Shown here: positions 1 through 8,862 of the stretch, in pieces
Layout of the letters: every line of letters begins with the position of its first letter
Numbering within the stretch: position 1 is the first letter of the stretch
Assembly (NCBI GenBank): GCA_903912365.1
Contig: CAIWGV010000038.1
Coordinates: forward strand, 1-56,852
From: an uncultured Alphaproteobacteria bacterium
GTDB taxonomy: Bacteria; Pseudomonadota; Alphaproteobacteria; UBA7879; UBA5542
Length of the DNA: 56,852 bases
Reading direction: 5' to 3'
The notes under the pieces: model-generated
What the model was told of the DNA's origin: nothing
Seen by the model: only the letters and a program-made list of their open reading frames with translations
The model's database searches: none
Position numbers and translations under genes: made by a program

Positions 1-395
1 AATTTTAAGTCAAAGGGTGCATTATGGATAACCAGGGGAGAATCTTGGACAAAGGCCAAAAAATCATCGACGATGTCGGCAAATTTAGGATGCCTTTGAA
101 GAAACTTTCGCGTCAATCCCGTGATCTCTGTAATCTTTTGACGGACACTTCGTTCTGGATTAAGGTAGGTTTGGTACTGCCTTCCTGTGAGGCGTCCATC
201 GATTAACTCAAGACAGGCAATTTCCGTGAGGCGATGTGGATCTATCCCCTTTGCCGCAAGTCCTGTTGTTTCTGTATCCAAAATAACTTCTCGACCAATC
301 TTCCCTTTTGGCCTTTCAACAAGAGAGTCCTCCCGCGCCGCAGAAAAGCTGGAGAAAATAAAAAGGATAAGAGAAAATAAGATTGAATTTTTCAT
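1..395 (-). CDS. DnaQ-like (DEDDh) 3'-5' exonuclease with N-terminal signal-peptide-like extension; runs off the window edge
   Basis: Manual translation, not in the ORF track: MKNSILFSLILFIFSSFSAAREDS...REVILDTETTGL...EIACLEL...YLNPER...LVIHNAPFDLK. Contains the ExoI DTETTG and ExoII HNAxFD motifs. GGAGG lies 5 nt before the ATG. Confidence 0.85.
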   Translation of the reverse strand, partial: MKNSILFSLILFIFSSFSAAREDSLVERPKGKIGREVILDTETTGLAAKGIDPHRLTEIACLELIDGRLTGRQYQTYLNPERSVRQKITEITGLTRKFLQRHPKFADIVDDFLAFVQDSPLVIHNAPFDLK

Positions 396-463
396 GGGAA
401 CCTCCGTTTATGACAGGCGTACTTTCTCAGGATTGCGAAGGAGTGTCAAGGGAATAGCTCTCC

Positions 464-529
464 CTCAGGGTGACGACTTCTTTGACATTGCCCTCTTTCT
501 CCCACGTAAAATTTAGATACGTCAGCCCT
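464..529. repeat. Isolated right end of the CAGGG-TIR element found at 32210-32565
   Basis: cagggtgacgacttctttgacattgccctc...aaaatttagatacgtcagccct aligns with 32501-32565. Confidence 0.75.
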
Positions 530-602
530 AGATAACCTTTAAATCCTTCTTTTCAAATGGGTCATAAACCTGTAAGGTAGAGAGATCAAAAGGAGACCCT
601 GA

Positions 603-1103
603 ATGGCTAAGAAAGAAACACCTAAGACGCATAAAGAAACCCCTGAAATGGTGCAAGCATTGCCCATCTTTAATAACGCTCATTATATCAAGGATCTTTC
701 CTTTGAAAACCCGGGCATTTTGAAGAATCTGATGGAGCCCGGAAAGGCTCCCCAAATCGCCGTTAATATCCAGGTGGAAGTTAAGAACATGGCCCCCTCG
801 GTTTTTGAGGTGGTTCTTTTAATTGAGGCAAGAGCTGACGTGGAGAAAGAGTTTCTCTTCTTGGCAGAACTCTCTTATGGGGGGATCTTTACCCTTGAAG
901 AATCCATTACGGAAGAAGATTCACGGCCTTTGTTATTGATTGAATGCCCAAGACTTCTGTTCCCTTTTGCGCGGAGTATCATTGCCAATGTGACGCGGGA
1001 TGGTGGGCTTCCTCCACTTCTGTTGAATCCGGTGGATTTTGCGGCTCTCTATCGTCAGCAACATCAATCAGAACTTTCCCCTGCGGGAGGAGATAAAAAA
1101 TAA
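603..1103 (+). CDS. secB: Protein-export chaperone SecB
   Basis: YIKDLSFENP, LLIECPRLLFPFARSIIANVTRDGGLPPLLLNPVDFAALY. Confidence 0.97.
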   Translation: MAKKETPKTHKETPEMVQALPIFNNAHYIKDLSFENPGILKNLMEPGKAPQIAVNIQVEVKNMAPSVFEVVLLIEARADVEKEFLFLAELSYGGIFTLEESITEEDSRPLLLIECPRLLFPFARSIIANVTRDGGLPPLLLNPVDFAALYRQQHQSELSPAGGDKK

Positions 1104-1111
1104 AATCCCCT

Positions 1112-2857
1112 TTGTATGCCAGAGAATCTAGCTATCGGGCCCTTCTGAAATTTTCCAGATTTTTAGGGCCCAATCTTGGTCTTCTGAGTCTTGCCTTGTT
1201 TTTTATTTTTTCTTCCAGTCTGATTCTTTTATGGCTCGGGTATGGCCTGACCCATTTTATTGATCATGGGTTTAGGTCTTATGAGGATCTTGTTAGATGC
1301 ATTGAAATCTTGGGAGTGGCCATCGGATTGAGGGCCATTTCAAGTTATGGAGAGCTCTTTTTCACGTCACTTCTGGCAGAAAAAGTGGGGGTGTCTCTCC
1401 GACAGGCCCTTTTTCAGAAACTGCTCACCTTCAATTCAGAGTTTTATGAGAAGAACACCGTGGGGGATCTCCTCTCAAGTCTTGTCTACGACATCAGCCT
1501 TGTGGAAGTGGTAATCACCAATACAATTCCTCTGTTTGGTCGGAATCTGCTCATCGCTTTGGGAGGCACCATTTTGTTGTTCATGAGCAATCATCATTTG
1601 GCACTGATTGTGGTATGTAGCTTTCCCCTGGTCCTGATTCCACTCTTGTTTTTTGATCAATGGGGTCCTGTGGCCTTGAGCCAAAAACTACAGAAAAAGT
1701 GGACCAGCGCTGCTGCCCATGCAGAAGAAGCCTTGGCTGGTATTAAAACGGTGCAGGCCTTCGGTCAGGAAGACCTAGAAAAGAAAAAATTTACCAAAGA
1801 GTTGCAGGCAGGGATGAAAGATTCTTTCTACAGATTGCGTCTGAAAGGAATGATCGCTTTTATCTCCATCGCCATCGGATTTTGTGGGGTGGGATTTGTT
1901 TTGTGGTTGGGGGGAGAGGAAGTCTTATCCCATGAGATGAGTAGTGGAAAACTCACCGCCTTCGTTTTTTATGCCTTGGCAGTGGTGAGCTATCTGGGAT
2001 ATTTGGGAGAAGGGTGGGGCGATTTGGAGAGCGGAAAAGTTGCTGCCTCTACTTTAAACGCTTTCCTGGAAAAGAACGACCAAATTCCTCTGAGTGTAGG
2101 ACCACGGAAAAAAGAACAAAAGGGAGAGGGCATTAGTTTTAAAGAGGTCACTTTTTTTCATCCTGATTATCCGGACCGAAAGATTCTCAATAAGGCTACC
2201 TTTGACATTCCCTATGGTCAGACAGCGGTTCTTTTGGGGGCATCGGGATCTGGGAAGACAACCATCTTTGAACTTCTCATGCGATTTTATGATCCAGAAG
2301 AGGGCGAAATATGCCTGAAAGGAACACCAATCCAATCTCTTTCTCTGGAAGATCTTCGGTCTGATGTGGGAATTGTCTCACAAGATTCTGTGGTTTTTTC
2401 AGGGACTATCTACGAGAACATTTCTTATGGAGCTAACGGGGTGACGAAAGCAGATGTGGTGAAAGCTGCAAAAGTGACGGGTGTTTCAGATTTTTCAAAG
2501 GAGTTTCCTGATGGTATTCATTCCTATGTAGGACACCGAGGCATGCTGCTGTCTAGTGGGCAACGGCAACGTATCGTGATGGCCCGCATCCTTATGAAAG
2601 ATCCTGAGTTTTTACTATTTGATGAGCCTGTCAATTTTTTGTCTACAGGGAGGGAGATTTTTGATTGGCTGATAGTACGAAAGAAAAAAAATCAAACAAC
2701 TCTCGTCATTGCCCATCATCTGTCCACTGTGCAACAAGCTGACTTGGTGGTGGTTTTGAAAGAGGGCACGGTGTTGGAGACTGGAACCCATAAGGCCCTT
2801 TTAAAGAAGTCAAAGTTCTATCGGAACCTAGTCAATGTAATGTTGGTGAAGGATTAA
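1112..2857 (+). CDS. ABC exporter, fused permease/ATPase (MsbA/ABCB-like)
   Basis: About six TM helices, then Walker A GASGSGKTT, signature LSSGQRQR and Walker B FLLFDE; TTG start. Confidence 0.9.
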   Translation: MYARESSYRALLKFSRFLGPNLGLLSLALFFIFSSSLILLWLGYGLTHFIDHGFRSYEDLVRCIEILGVAIGLRAISSYGELFFTSLLAEKVGVSLRQALFQKLLTFNSEFYEKNTVGDLLSSLVYDISLVEVVITNTIPLFGRNLLIALGGTILLFMSNHHLALIVVCSFPLVLIPLLFFDQWGPVALSQKLQKKWTSAAAHAEEALAGIKTVQAFGQEDLEKKKFTKELQAGMKDSFYRLRLKGMIAFISIAIGFCGVGFVLWLGGEEVLSHEMSSGKLTAFVFYALAVVSYLGYLGEGWGDLESGKVAASTLNAFLEKNDQIPLSVGPRKKEQKGEGISFKEVTFFHPDYPDRKILNKATFDIPYGQTAVLLGASGSGKTTIFELLMRFYDPEEGEICLKGTPIQSLSLEDLRSDVGIVSQDSVVFSGTIYENISYGANGVTKADVVKAAKVTGVSDFSKEFPDGIHSYVGHRGMLLSSGQRQRIVMARILMKDPEFLLFDEPVNFLSTGREIFDWLIVRKKKNQTTLVIAHHLSTVQQADLVVVLKEGTVLETGTHKALLKKSKFYRNLVNVMLVKD

Positions 2858-2885
2858 TACCAACCCCATAAACTTCTAAAAAACC

Positions 2886-2983
2886 CGTCACCTTGAGGAA
2901 GCTCGAAGAGCTGACGTCAAGGCTGCGCTTAAGTTTAAGAGAAGCGGGTTCCTGATGTTGGTCTACGACCTCCTGAGGATGAC
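2886..2983. repeat. CGTC...GAC double-hairpin palindromic repeat (family A)
   Basis: cgtcaccttgaggaagctcgaagagctgacgtcaagg...aagcgggttcctgatgt...cctgaggatgac; related to the copies at 23515 and 55381. Confidence 0.7.
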
Positions 2984-3065
2984 AAAAATACTTAAAATAT
3001 CTTCATTCAAACGAAATGTTCACAGACCCTACAAGTTTTTTGGGGCAGGTATAATAACCGATGAG

Positions 3066-3090
3066 AAAAGATGGCGCCCTATCTTTTTTT
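3066..3090. terminator. Possible bidirectional intrinsic terminator between convergent genes
   Basis: aaaagat-ggcgccct-atctttt hairpin with A-run and T-run flanks. Confidence 0.4.
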
Positions 3091-3128
3091 AGTCAAGATT
3101 CTTAAGAAAAGATAGAAATAGATCAAAT

Positions 3129-3782
3129 CTACTTCTTTACCAAAACAGTGACGCCATCACTGATGGGGATAAGGAGAGGAAAGACCCGTGGATCCTTGTG
3201 AATTTTTTCATTAAATTTTCTGAGGGATGTGACCGTAGGGTCACGGGTTTCGTGAGCCACCTCTCCCCGCCACAAAACATTATCAATCACCATGAGACCG
3301 CCGGGAGGGAGGAATAGAAGCCCATATTCATAATATTGATCATAAGCATTTTTATCCGCATCAATGAATATCATGTCACAGGTAAAATTCTGATCCGAGA
3401 GGTCCGAGAGGGTTTCAAGGGCGGAGCCCAGTTTAAAGTCAATCTGGGCACGGCGTCCGGATTTTTCCCAAAAAGGTTCTCCCAAAGATGGTAAAGTGGG
3501 ATCTCGATCACAAGTGATAATTTTTCCATTTTCCCCCAGTTCTAAGGCCATGGACAAGGTGCTATACCCCACAAAGGTACCCACTTCTAAAATGGTTTTG
3601 GGGCGTGTGAGGCGTACCAGAAAGGCGAGCAACTGTCCCACATCGGGACTTACCTGCATATGGGATTGGGGATGGGTTTCCATAAAGGTGCGGAGTTCTT
3701 GGAGAAGGGGCGGCTCTCGAAAGCCTACAGTCTCGCAATACCGATATAATTCAGGTGTCATGGGAATTGGGATATTAGCCAC
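3129..3782 (-). CDS. SAM-dependent O-methyltransferase (caffeoyl-CoA OMT / Methyltransf_3 type)
   Basis: ILEVGTFVGYS, DMIFIDADK, GGLMVIDNVLWRG. Confidence 0.93.
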   Translation of the reverse strand: MANIPIPMTPELYRYCETVGFREPPLLQELRTFMETHPQSHMQVSPDVGQLLAFLVRLTRPKTILEVGTFVGYSTLSMALELGENGKIITCDRDPTLPSLGEPFWEKSGRRAQIDFKLGSALETLSDLSDQNFTCDMIFIDADKNAYDQYYEYGLLFLPPGGLMVIDNVLWRGEVAHETRDPTVTSLRKFNEKIHKDPRVFPLLIPISDGVTVLVKK

Positions 3783-4698
3783 CGTGACGTTCCTCTGCGA
3801 AGATCTGCTTTTCTTGCCGCATCAAAAAGTAACTGCATCCCAAAATAATCGCCCCTCCCATCAGGGTATTCCACTCTGGTATTTCTCCAAAGAAAATTAA
3901 CCCCGACAGAGTTGCAAAAACCACCTTTAGATAATCAAATCCTGCCACAAAGTTAAGACGATTCAGTCGGTAAGCGTGGATGTAGCTATAGTGCCCAAAG
4001 AAGGCCACGGCTCCCATAGCTCCGAGGATAAAGTAGTGCTGTTCTTGTATGGGCTCCCAGGGTATAAAAACCTCTCCTTTAAGAGAGGGAAAGAAAAGAG
4101 GAAGGACAAAGTAGGTTCCCAATAAAAAAATCGTCATGCCTGCCGAATAGAAAGTCATAGTGTAGGGAGAGTCCGTTTTGATCCGCTTGACTTGCAAGGC
4201 ATCTCCTGCCAAACAAACAACCCCCAATATCATGACCCCTTCTGCCCAATCAAATCCATAAAAAGAAGGATCAATGACGATCAAAACACCTATATATCCT
4301 ACAATCAAAACGATCCATCTCCTCAATTTGACGGTCTCTTTCAAGAAGAAGAAGGCAAAAATAGGCAAGACCAGGGCAAAAGAAAAATTCAACGCGCTCG
4401 CCTTTGCCATAGGAAGTATCCTATAGGCGTAAAAGAAACTCACCATAGCAATGAATCCTAAAACCACTCGAATGAGCTGGTGTAATGGCCACTCCGTCAC
4501 AAAAGACTTTTTACCCTTTCTGAGTAAAATGGGAAAAACTACGGACATCACTAAAAGGCCTCGAATAAGGTTCATTTGCAAAGAAGAATAAGCGGACATC
4601 TCTTTCACAATTAGCATCATTACCACAAAGGACAGCTTTGTAGAGATGATCCAAAGGATACCTTGAGTTTTGGGACTGAGAAGGTGAAATGCTTTCAT
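3775..4698 (-). CDS. DMT/EamA family transporter
   Basis: About ten hydrophobic helices, with duplicated EamA pattern FFLKETV...FFGEIP. Confidence 0.9.
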   Translation of the reverse strand: MKAFHLLSPKTQGILWIISTKLSFVVMMLIVKEMSAYSSLQMNLIRGLLVMSVVFPILLRKGKKSFVTEWPLHQLIRVVLGFIAMVSFFYAYRILPMAKASALNFSFALVLPIFAFFFLKETVKLRRWIVLIVGYIGVLIVIDPSFYGFDWAEGVMILGVVCLAGDALQVKRIKTDSPYTMTFYSAGMTIFLLGTYFVLPLFFPSLKGEVFIPWEPIQEQHYFILGAMGAVAFFGHYSYIHAYRLNRLNFVAGFDYLKVVFATLSGLIFFGEIPEWNTLMGGAIILGCSYFLMRQEKQIFAEERHGG

Positions 4699-7286
4699 AC
4701 TTTGCTAAGCCGTTTTAAGGTGTACAAAAAATCCAGGGCCTCCCGAGGGGTTAAAGCATCAGGATCTAAGGCCTTTAGAGAGTCTAGCACGGGACTCGGG
4801 GATTGAGCTAGAGAAATGGGTTCTTTTAACTCTACATTTTTTTTCGTGCTTTCCAAAGATTCTAAAATTTTCTGGGCTCGGAGAATGACGGATTTGGGCA
4901 GCCCTGCAAGTTCTGCCACGTGGATTCCATAGGATCTGTCAGAACATCCGGGGATCACTTGGTGGAGGAACACCACTTTCCCGTTCCATTCCTTAATCTG
5001 GACCGTGTAACAGGCCAGGTGATCTAGGGAATTAGAGAGGGCCGTGAGCTCATGATAGTGGGTGGCAAACAATCCTCGGCATTTGTTTTCCGTATGCAAA
5101 GATTCCGCCGTTGCCCAGGCCAGGGACATGCCATCATAGGTGGAGGTGCCTCGTCCTAGTTCATCGAGAATCACAAAGGATCGCTCCGTGGCCTGGTTGA
5201 GGATGGCGGCGGTCTCTACCATTTCCACCATGAAGGTAGAGCGGCCTCGGGCCAAATCATCGGAGGCGCCCACCCGACTGAAGAGACGATCCACGATGCC
5301 GATGTGAGCCTCTTTGGCTGGGACATAGGAGCCCATCTGAGCCAGAATCAGGATGAGAGCATTTTGTCGGAGATAGGTACTTTTTCCTGCCATGTTGGGC
5401 CCCGTCAAAAGCCAGAGATATTTATCCCGGGTGAGGTAGATATCATTGGGAATAAAGGGTTGATTCTGCTGCTTCAGCATGGATTCCACCACGGGATGGC
5501 GTGCCTCTTTCAGAACAAAGTTCAAACTCTCATCCACGAGGGGGCGGCAGTAGTTTTCTTCCACCGCCAGGGTGGCCAGAGCGCTGATCATATCCAGGAG
5601 GGCGATGGTCTGAGCGAGGAGGGTGAGGTCTCGGCCATGGAGTAAAATCTCTTGCACAAACCCTTTGAAAAGGCCCAGCTCAAGGGTGAGGGCTTTTTCT
5701 GCGGCAGTATTCAGTTTTTCCTGAATCTCCGCAAGCTCCGGTGTTGTGAATCGCATGCCATTCACCAGAGTTTGTCGGTGGATAAAGGTATCGGGAATTC
5801 GGTCCCGGTGAATTGAGGTGATTTCAATGTAGTAGCCTAAGATATTATTGTACTTAATCTTGAGGGAGGAAATCCCCGTTTCTTGGCTGTAGCGGGCTTG
5901 AAGGGCTGCCATGGTTTGGCGGCTGTCGTCCCGTAGGTGCCGTAACGTATCCAGTTCTGGGAGGTATCCTATTTTGATAAAACTACCCTCCCGGGCCAGC
6001 ACAGGACAGGTGTCCTCAAGGGCGCGGGTGAGTTTGTCCAAAAACCCTTCGGGTATTTTAAGGGAGGAAAAAATTTGGGACAGGGGACCTTTTTGATGGG
6101 GTTCAAAGAGATCAAGGATGGCCTTCCCTGTTTCCATTAACCCCTTGATGGCCAGGAGGTCTCGGGGTCCGCCCCGATCGAGACTGAGGCGCGAAAATAC
6201 CCGCTCTCCGTCGGGACATCTATGGAGAATTTTACGAAGGGACCTTGTTAGAGAAAAGTCTCTCACAAACCAGCTTACGTGCTCAAGACGCTCATTGATG
6301 GCGCCCATATCCGTCATGGGAAAGGCCATGGTGCGGGCTAGGAGGCGGGCTCCCGCTGCCGTGAGGGTCCGATCAATGGTGGCGAGAAAGCTGCCTTTTC
6401 TCTCACCGCTTAAGGTAGCGTGGAGTTCTAAATTGCGCTGGGTGGAAGGATCAATTTGCAGAAAATCCCGGGGCACCAGTTTTGTCGGGGATCGAAGGGG
6501 AAGGGTACCTCCTCGCTGGGTTAGAGAAATATAATCCAAAATGGCGCCTGCCGCCCGAAGCTCTAGGTCGGCGAAGGTGCCAAAAACTTCCAGACTCATA
6601 ACATCGAAGAAAGATTCTAACCGTTTCCGGCCATTCTCTAGATCAAAGCGACTTTCCGCTTGGGGGGTAAGGAGGGATTTGTAGGAATTCAGACACTCAA
6701 AAAAATGAGGATTTTTGATCATGTCTTGAGAGAGAAGAATCTCCTTAGGATTGAGACGGGCAAGGGCTCCTTCTAGGTTTTCAAGGGGCATACTTTCCAG
6801 GAAAAATTCCCGGGTGGAAATATCCACTGCTGCGAGACCTATGCGATTTTTGGCGTGAGACAGGGCCACTAGAAAATTGTTTTGTTTAGCCTCCAGCAAA
6901 GTGTCTTCTGTGAGGGTTCCCGCCGTGATGAGTCGTACCACATCGCGCTTTACGATGGACTTGTGTCCGCGTTTTTTGGCTTCCTCCGGTGTTTCCAATT
7001 GCTCACAGATGGCCACCTTAAAACCCTGTCGGATAAGGCGGGCAATGTAATTATCTGCCGCATGAAAGGGGATGCCGCACATGGGCATATCCTCCGATCT
7101 TTTGGTGAGGGTAATATCGAGGGCCGCTGCTGCGGTAATAGCATCCTGAAAAAACAACTCATAAAAGTCCCCAAGGCGAAAGAGCAGCAGGCAGTCCTGG
7201 TAATTTTGCTTGATGTCATAATACTGCCGCACCATGGGGGTAAGTTCAGCGGTCGCGGGGAGGAGGGGAAGCTGTGTGGTTGTCAT
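4695..7286 (-). CDS. mutS: DNA mismatch repair protein MutS
   Basis: TPMVRQY, FRLGDFYELF, TGPNMAGKST, DELGRGTST, FATHYHEL. Confidence 0.98.
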   Translation of the reverse strand: MTTTQLPLLPATAELTPMVRQYYDIKQNYQDCLLLFRLGDFYELFFQDAITAAAALDITLTKRSEDMPMCGIPFHAADNYIARLIRQGFKVAICEQLETPEEAKKRGHKSIVKRDVVRLITAGTLTEDTLLEAKQNNFLVALSHAKNRIGLAAVDISTREFFLESMPLENLEGALARLNPKEILLSQDMIKNPHFFECLNSYKSLLTPQAESRFDLENGRKRLESFFDVMSLEVFGTFADLELRAAGAILDYISLTQRGGTLPLRSPTKLVPRDFLQIDPSTQRNLELHATLSGERKGSFLATIDRTLTAAGARLLARTMAFPMTDMGAINERLEHVSWFVRDFSLTRSLRKILHRCPDGERVFSRLSLDRGGPRDLLAIKGLMETGKAILDLFEPHQKGPLSQIFSSLKIPEGFLDKLTRALEDTCPVLAREGSFIKIGYLPELDTLRHLRDDSRQTMAALQARYSQETGISSLKIKYNNILGYYIEITSIHRDRIPDTFIHRQTLVNGMRFTTPELAEIQEKLNTAAEKALTLELGLFKGFVQEILLHGRDLTLLAQTIALLDMISALATLAVEENYCRPLVDESLNFVLKEARHPVVESMLKQQNQPFIPNDIYLTRDKYLWLLTGPNMAGKSTYLRQNALILILAQMGSYVPAKEAHIGIVDRLFSRVGASDDLARGRSTFMVEMVETAAILNQATERSFVILDELGRGTSTYDGMSLAWATAESLHTENKCRGLFATHYHELTALSNSLDHLACYTVQIKEWNGKVVFLHQVIPGCSDRSYGIHVAELAGLPKSVILRAQKILESLESTKKNVELKEPISLAQSPSPVLDSLKALDPDALTPREALDFLYTLKRLSKV

Positions 7287-7289
7287 GGG

Positions 7290-7742
7290 TTATTTTCCCG
7301 TGGATCCAAACCCACCTGTTCCCCGTTGGGTTTCGGCCATATCAAAAGTTTCCACTGCATCCCAGGTGATACGGGTAAAGGGGGCGATGACCATTTGGGC
7401 GAACTTCATGCCCGGCGTAATCACGAAGGACTCAGACCCTAAATTAATCATAATTCCTTTTACTTCCCCCCGATAATCCGGATCAATGGTCCCCGGCGCA
7501 TTGAGAACTGTGATCCCATGCTTAGCGGCAAGTCCCGACCGGGCCCGAATCTGAGCCTCAAATCCATCGGGCAAGGCAACGCAAAAGCCGCAGGGGATAA
7601 CCCCCCGCTCTCCGGGGTTTAGAATGATGTCCTCAGGGATGGCGGCCAAGAGATCCAGCCCCGCACTTTGCGGCGTGGCATAGGCAGGTAGGCTAAGTTC
7701 TTTGCCATTTTCTAAAATGTGTATTTTAATTGTGTGTGTCAT
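7290..7742 (-). CDS. dut: dUTP diphosphatase
   Basis: AGLDL, RSGLA, GTIDPDYRGE, RGTGGFGSTG. Confidence 0.98.
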   Translation of the reverse strand: MTHTIKIHILENGKELSLPAYATPQSAGLDLLAAIPEDIILNPGERGVIPCGFCVALPDGFEAQIRARSGLAAKHGITVLNAPGTIDPDYRGEVKGIMINLGSESFVITPGMKFAQMVIAPFTRITWDAVETFDMAETQRGTGGFGSTGK

Positions 7743-7805
7743 TTGGCCCTCATAATTTGGATCTCATTGTAGAGGGTTCTGAGGAAGAAAGAAAGGGGGC
7801 GTTTA

Positions 7806-8804
7806 TCAATCCTTCTTCAACAAATCTAGGATCTCTTCCAAGGTATACCGTTCCTCTTGGAGATGCCGAATTCTTTTACATCTTTCAATCATTTTAGGAT
7901 TATAAAGCTGGTATCCAGAAGGTGTTGAGGTTTCGGCTTCAATTAATCCCAGCTTCGTCCAATATCTGAGAGTGGACACATTTTCCCCTGCTTCTTCGCT
8001 GAGCTCTCCAATCTTAAGAAGCGCCACTTCAGCGTCTAGAATCTCTGGGGATTCGTGACCGAGGGCCTTGATGTAAATCTGCAGGGAATGGTTCGTGGCT
8101 TCGTAAATGACCTGGAGATAGTCGTCTAAGGATCCGCCTAACTGGGCTTTTTCGAGGGATTTGATGTATTTCAATCGATCTTTAGGGGTAATAATCGCGG
8201 GGGGATATCCATTATGGATCAGGATAAGATTCATCAAGAGACGCGCCGTACGGCCATTCCCATCGATAAAAGGGTGAATGGTCACAAGCTTATAATGAGC
8301 CAATGCAGCAAGATGAATAGGATGATCCTGCGTTGTCTTCATCCATTCTACAAAGGAGTCCAAAAGATCGGGAACTTTGAGGGGATTGGGCAGAATAACG
8401 GTGGACCCGGAAATGCGCACTGGAACTGTTCGGATGGCTCCTGCGTGCTCATCCTCAATCCCCTTCAGAATCAAAAAATGTAAAGACAATATGTCTTGTA
8501 GGGAGACGGACGGCTTAGTAGCCATTTCCCTCATAGTTTGAAGAGCTTCCAAATGGTTGATGGCTTCCAAGTGATCTTTCATGGGTTTTCCTCCCACCGT
8601 CACCCCTTTCTCAAGAACCAGGGCGGTTTCTTGTCGCGTCAGTGTATTCCCTTCAATGGCATTGCTGGAGTAAGTTAGTTCTACCTCAAACCATTTCTCA
8701 AGATTGGTAAGAATATCCTGGGAGAAAGGCCGAAAGGAATCGAGCTTCTTTTTTTTAGCCGTCAGCTTATCGAGAGTCATTGTCATTTTTAAACCATAAA
8801 CCAT
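7806..8804 (-). CDS. Fic-domain protein with C-terminal MerR-type HTH
   Basis: Fic motif HPFIDGNGRTARL; inhibitory SSNAIEGN; C-terminal KIGELSEEAGENVSTLRYWTKLGLI...SGYQLY. Start may be at 8786 or 8780. Confidence 0.9.
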   Translation of the reverse strand: MVYGLKMTMTLDKLTAKKKKLDSFRPFSQDILTNLEKWFEVELTYSSNAIEGNTLTRQETALVLEKGVTVGGKPMKDHLEAINHLEALQTMREMATKPSVSLQDILSLHFLILKGIEDEHAGAIRTVPVRISGSTVILPNPLKVPDLLDSFVEWMKTTQDHPIHLAALAHYKLVTIHPFIDGNGRTARLLMNLILIHNGYPPAIITPKDRLKYIKSLEKAQLGGSLDDYLQVIYEATNHSLQIYIKALGHESPEILDAEVALLKIGELSEEAGENVSTLRYWTKLGLIEAETSTPSGYQLYNPKMIERCKRIRHLQEERYTLEEILDLLKKD

Positions 8805-8862
8805 GAAGTGTCACTTCATGGTTTATGCCATAGAAGCCTTATGGGTGTCAAAACCCCTGGCC

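Noticed and set aside
24-516. Plus-strand ORFs 24..206 and 187..516
   Set aside because: They are shadows of the minus-strand DnaQ-like gene, which has clear motifs and an SD.
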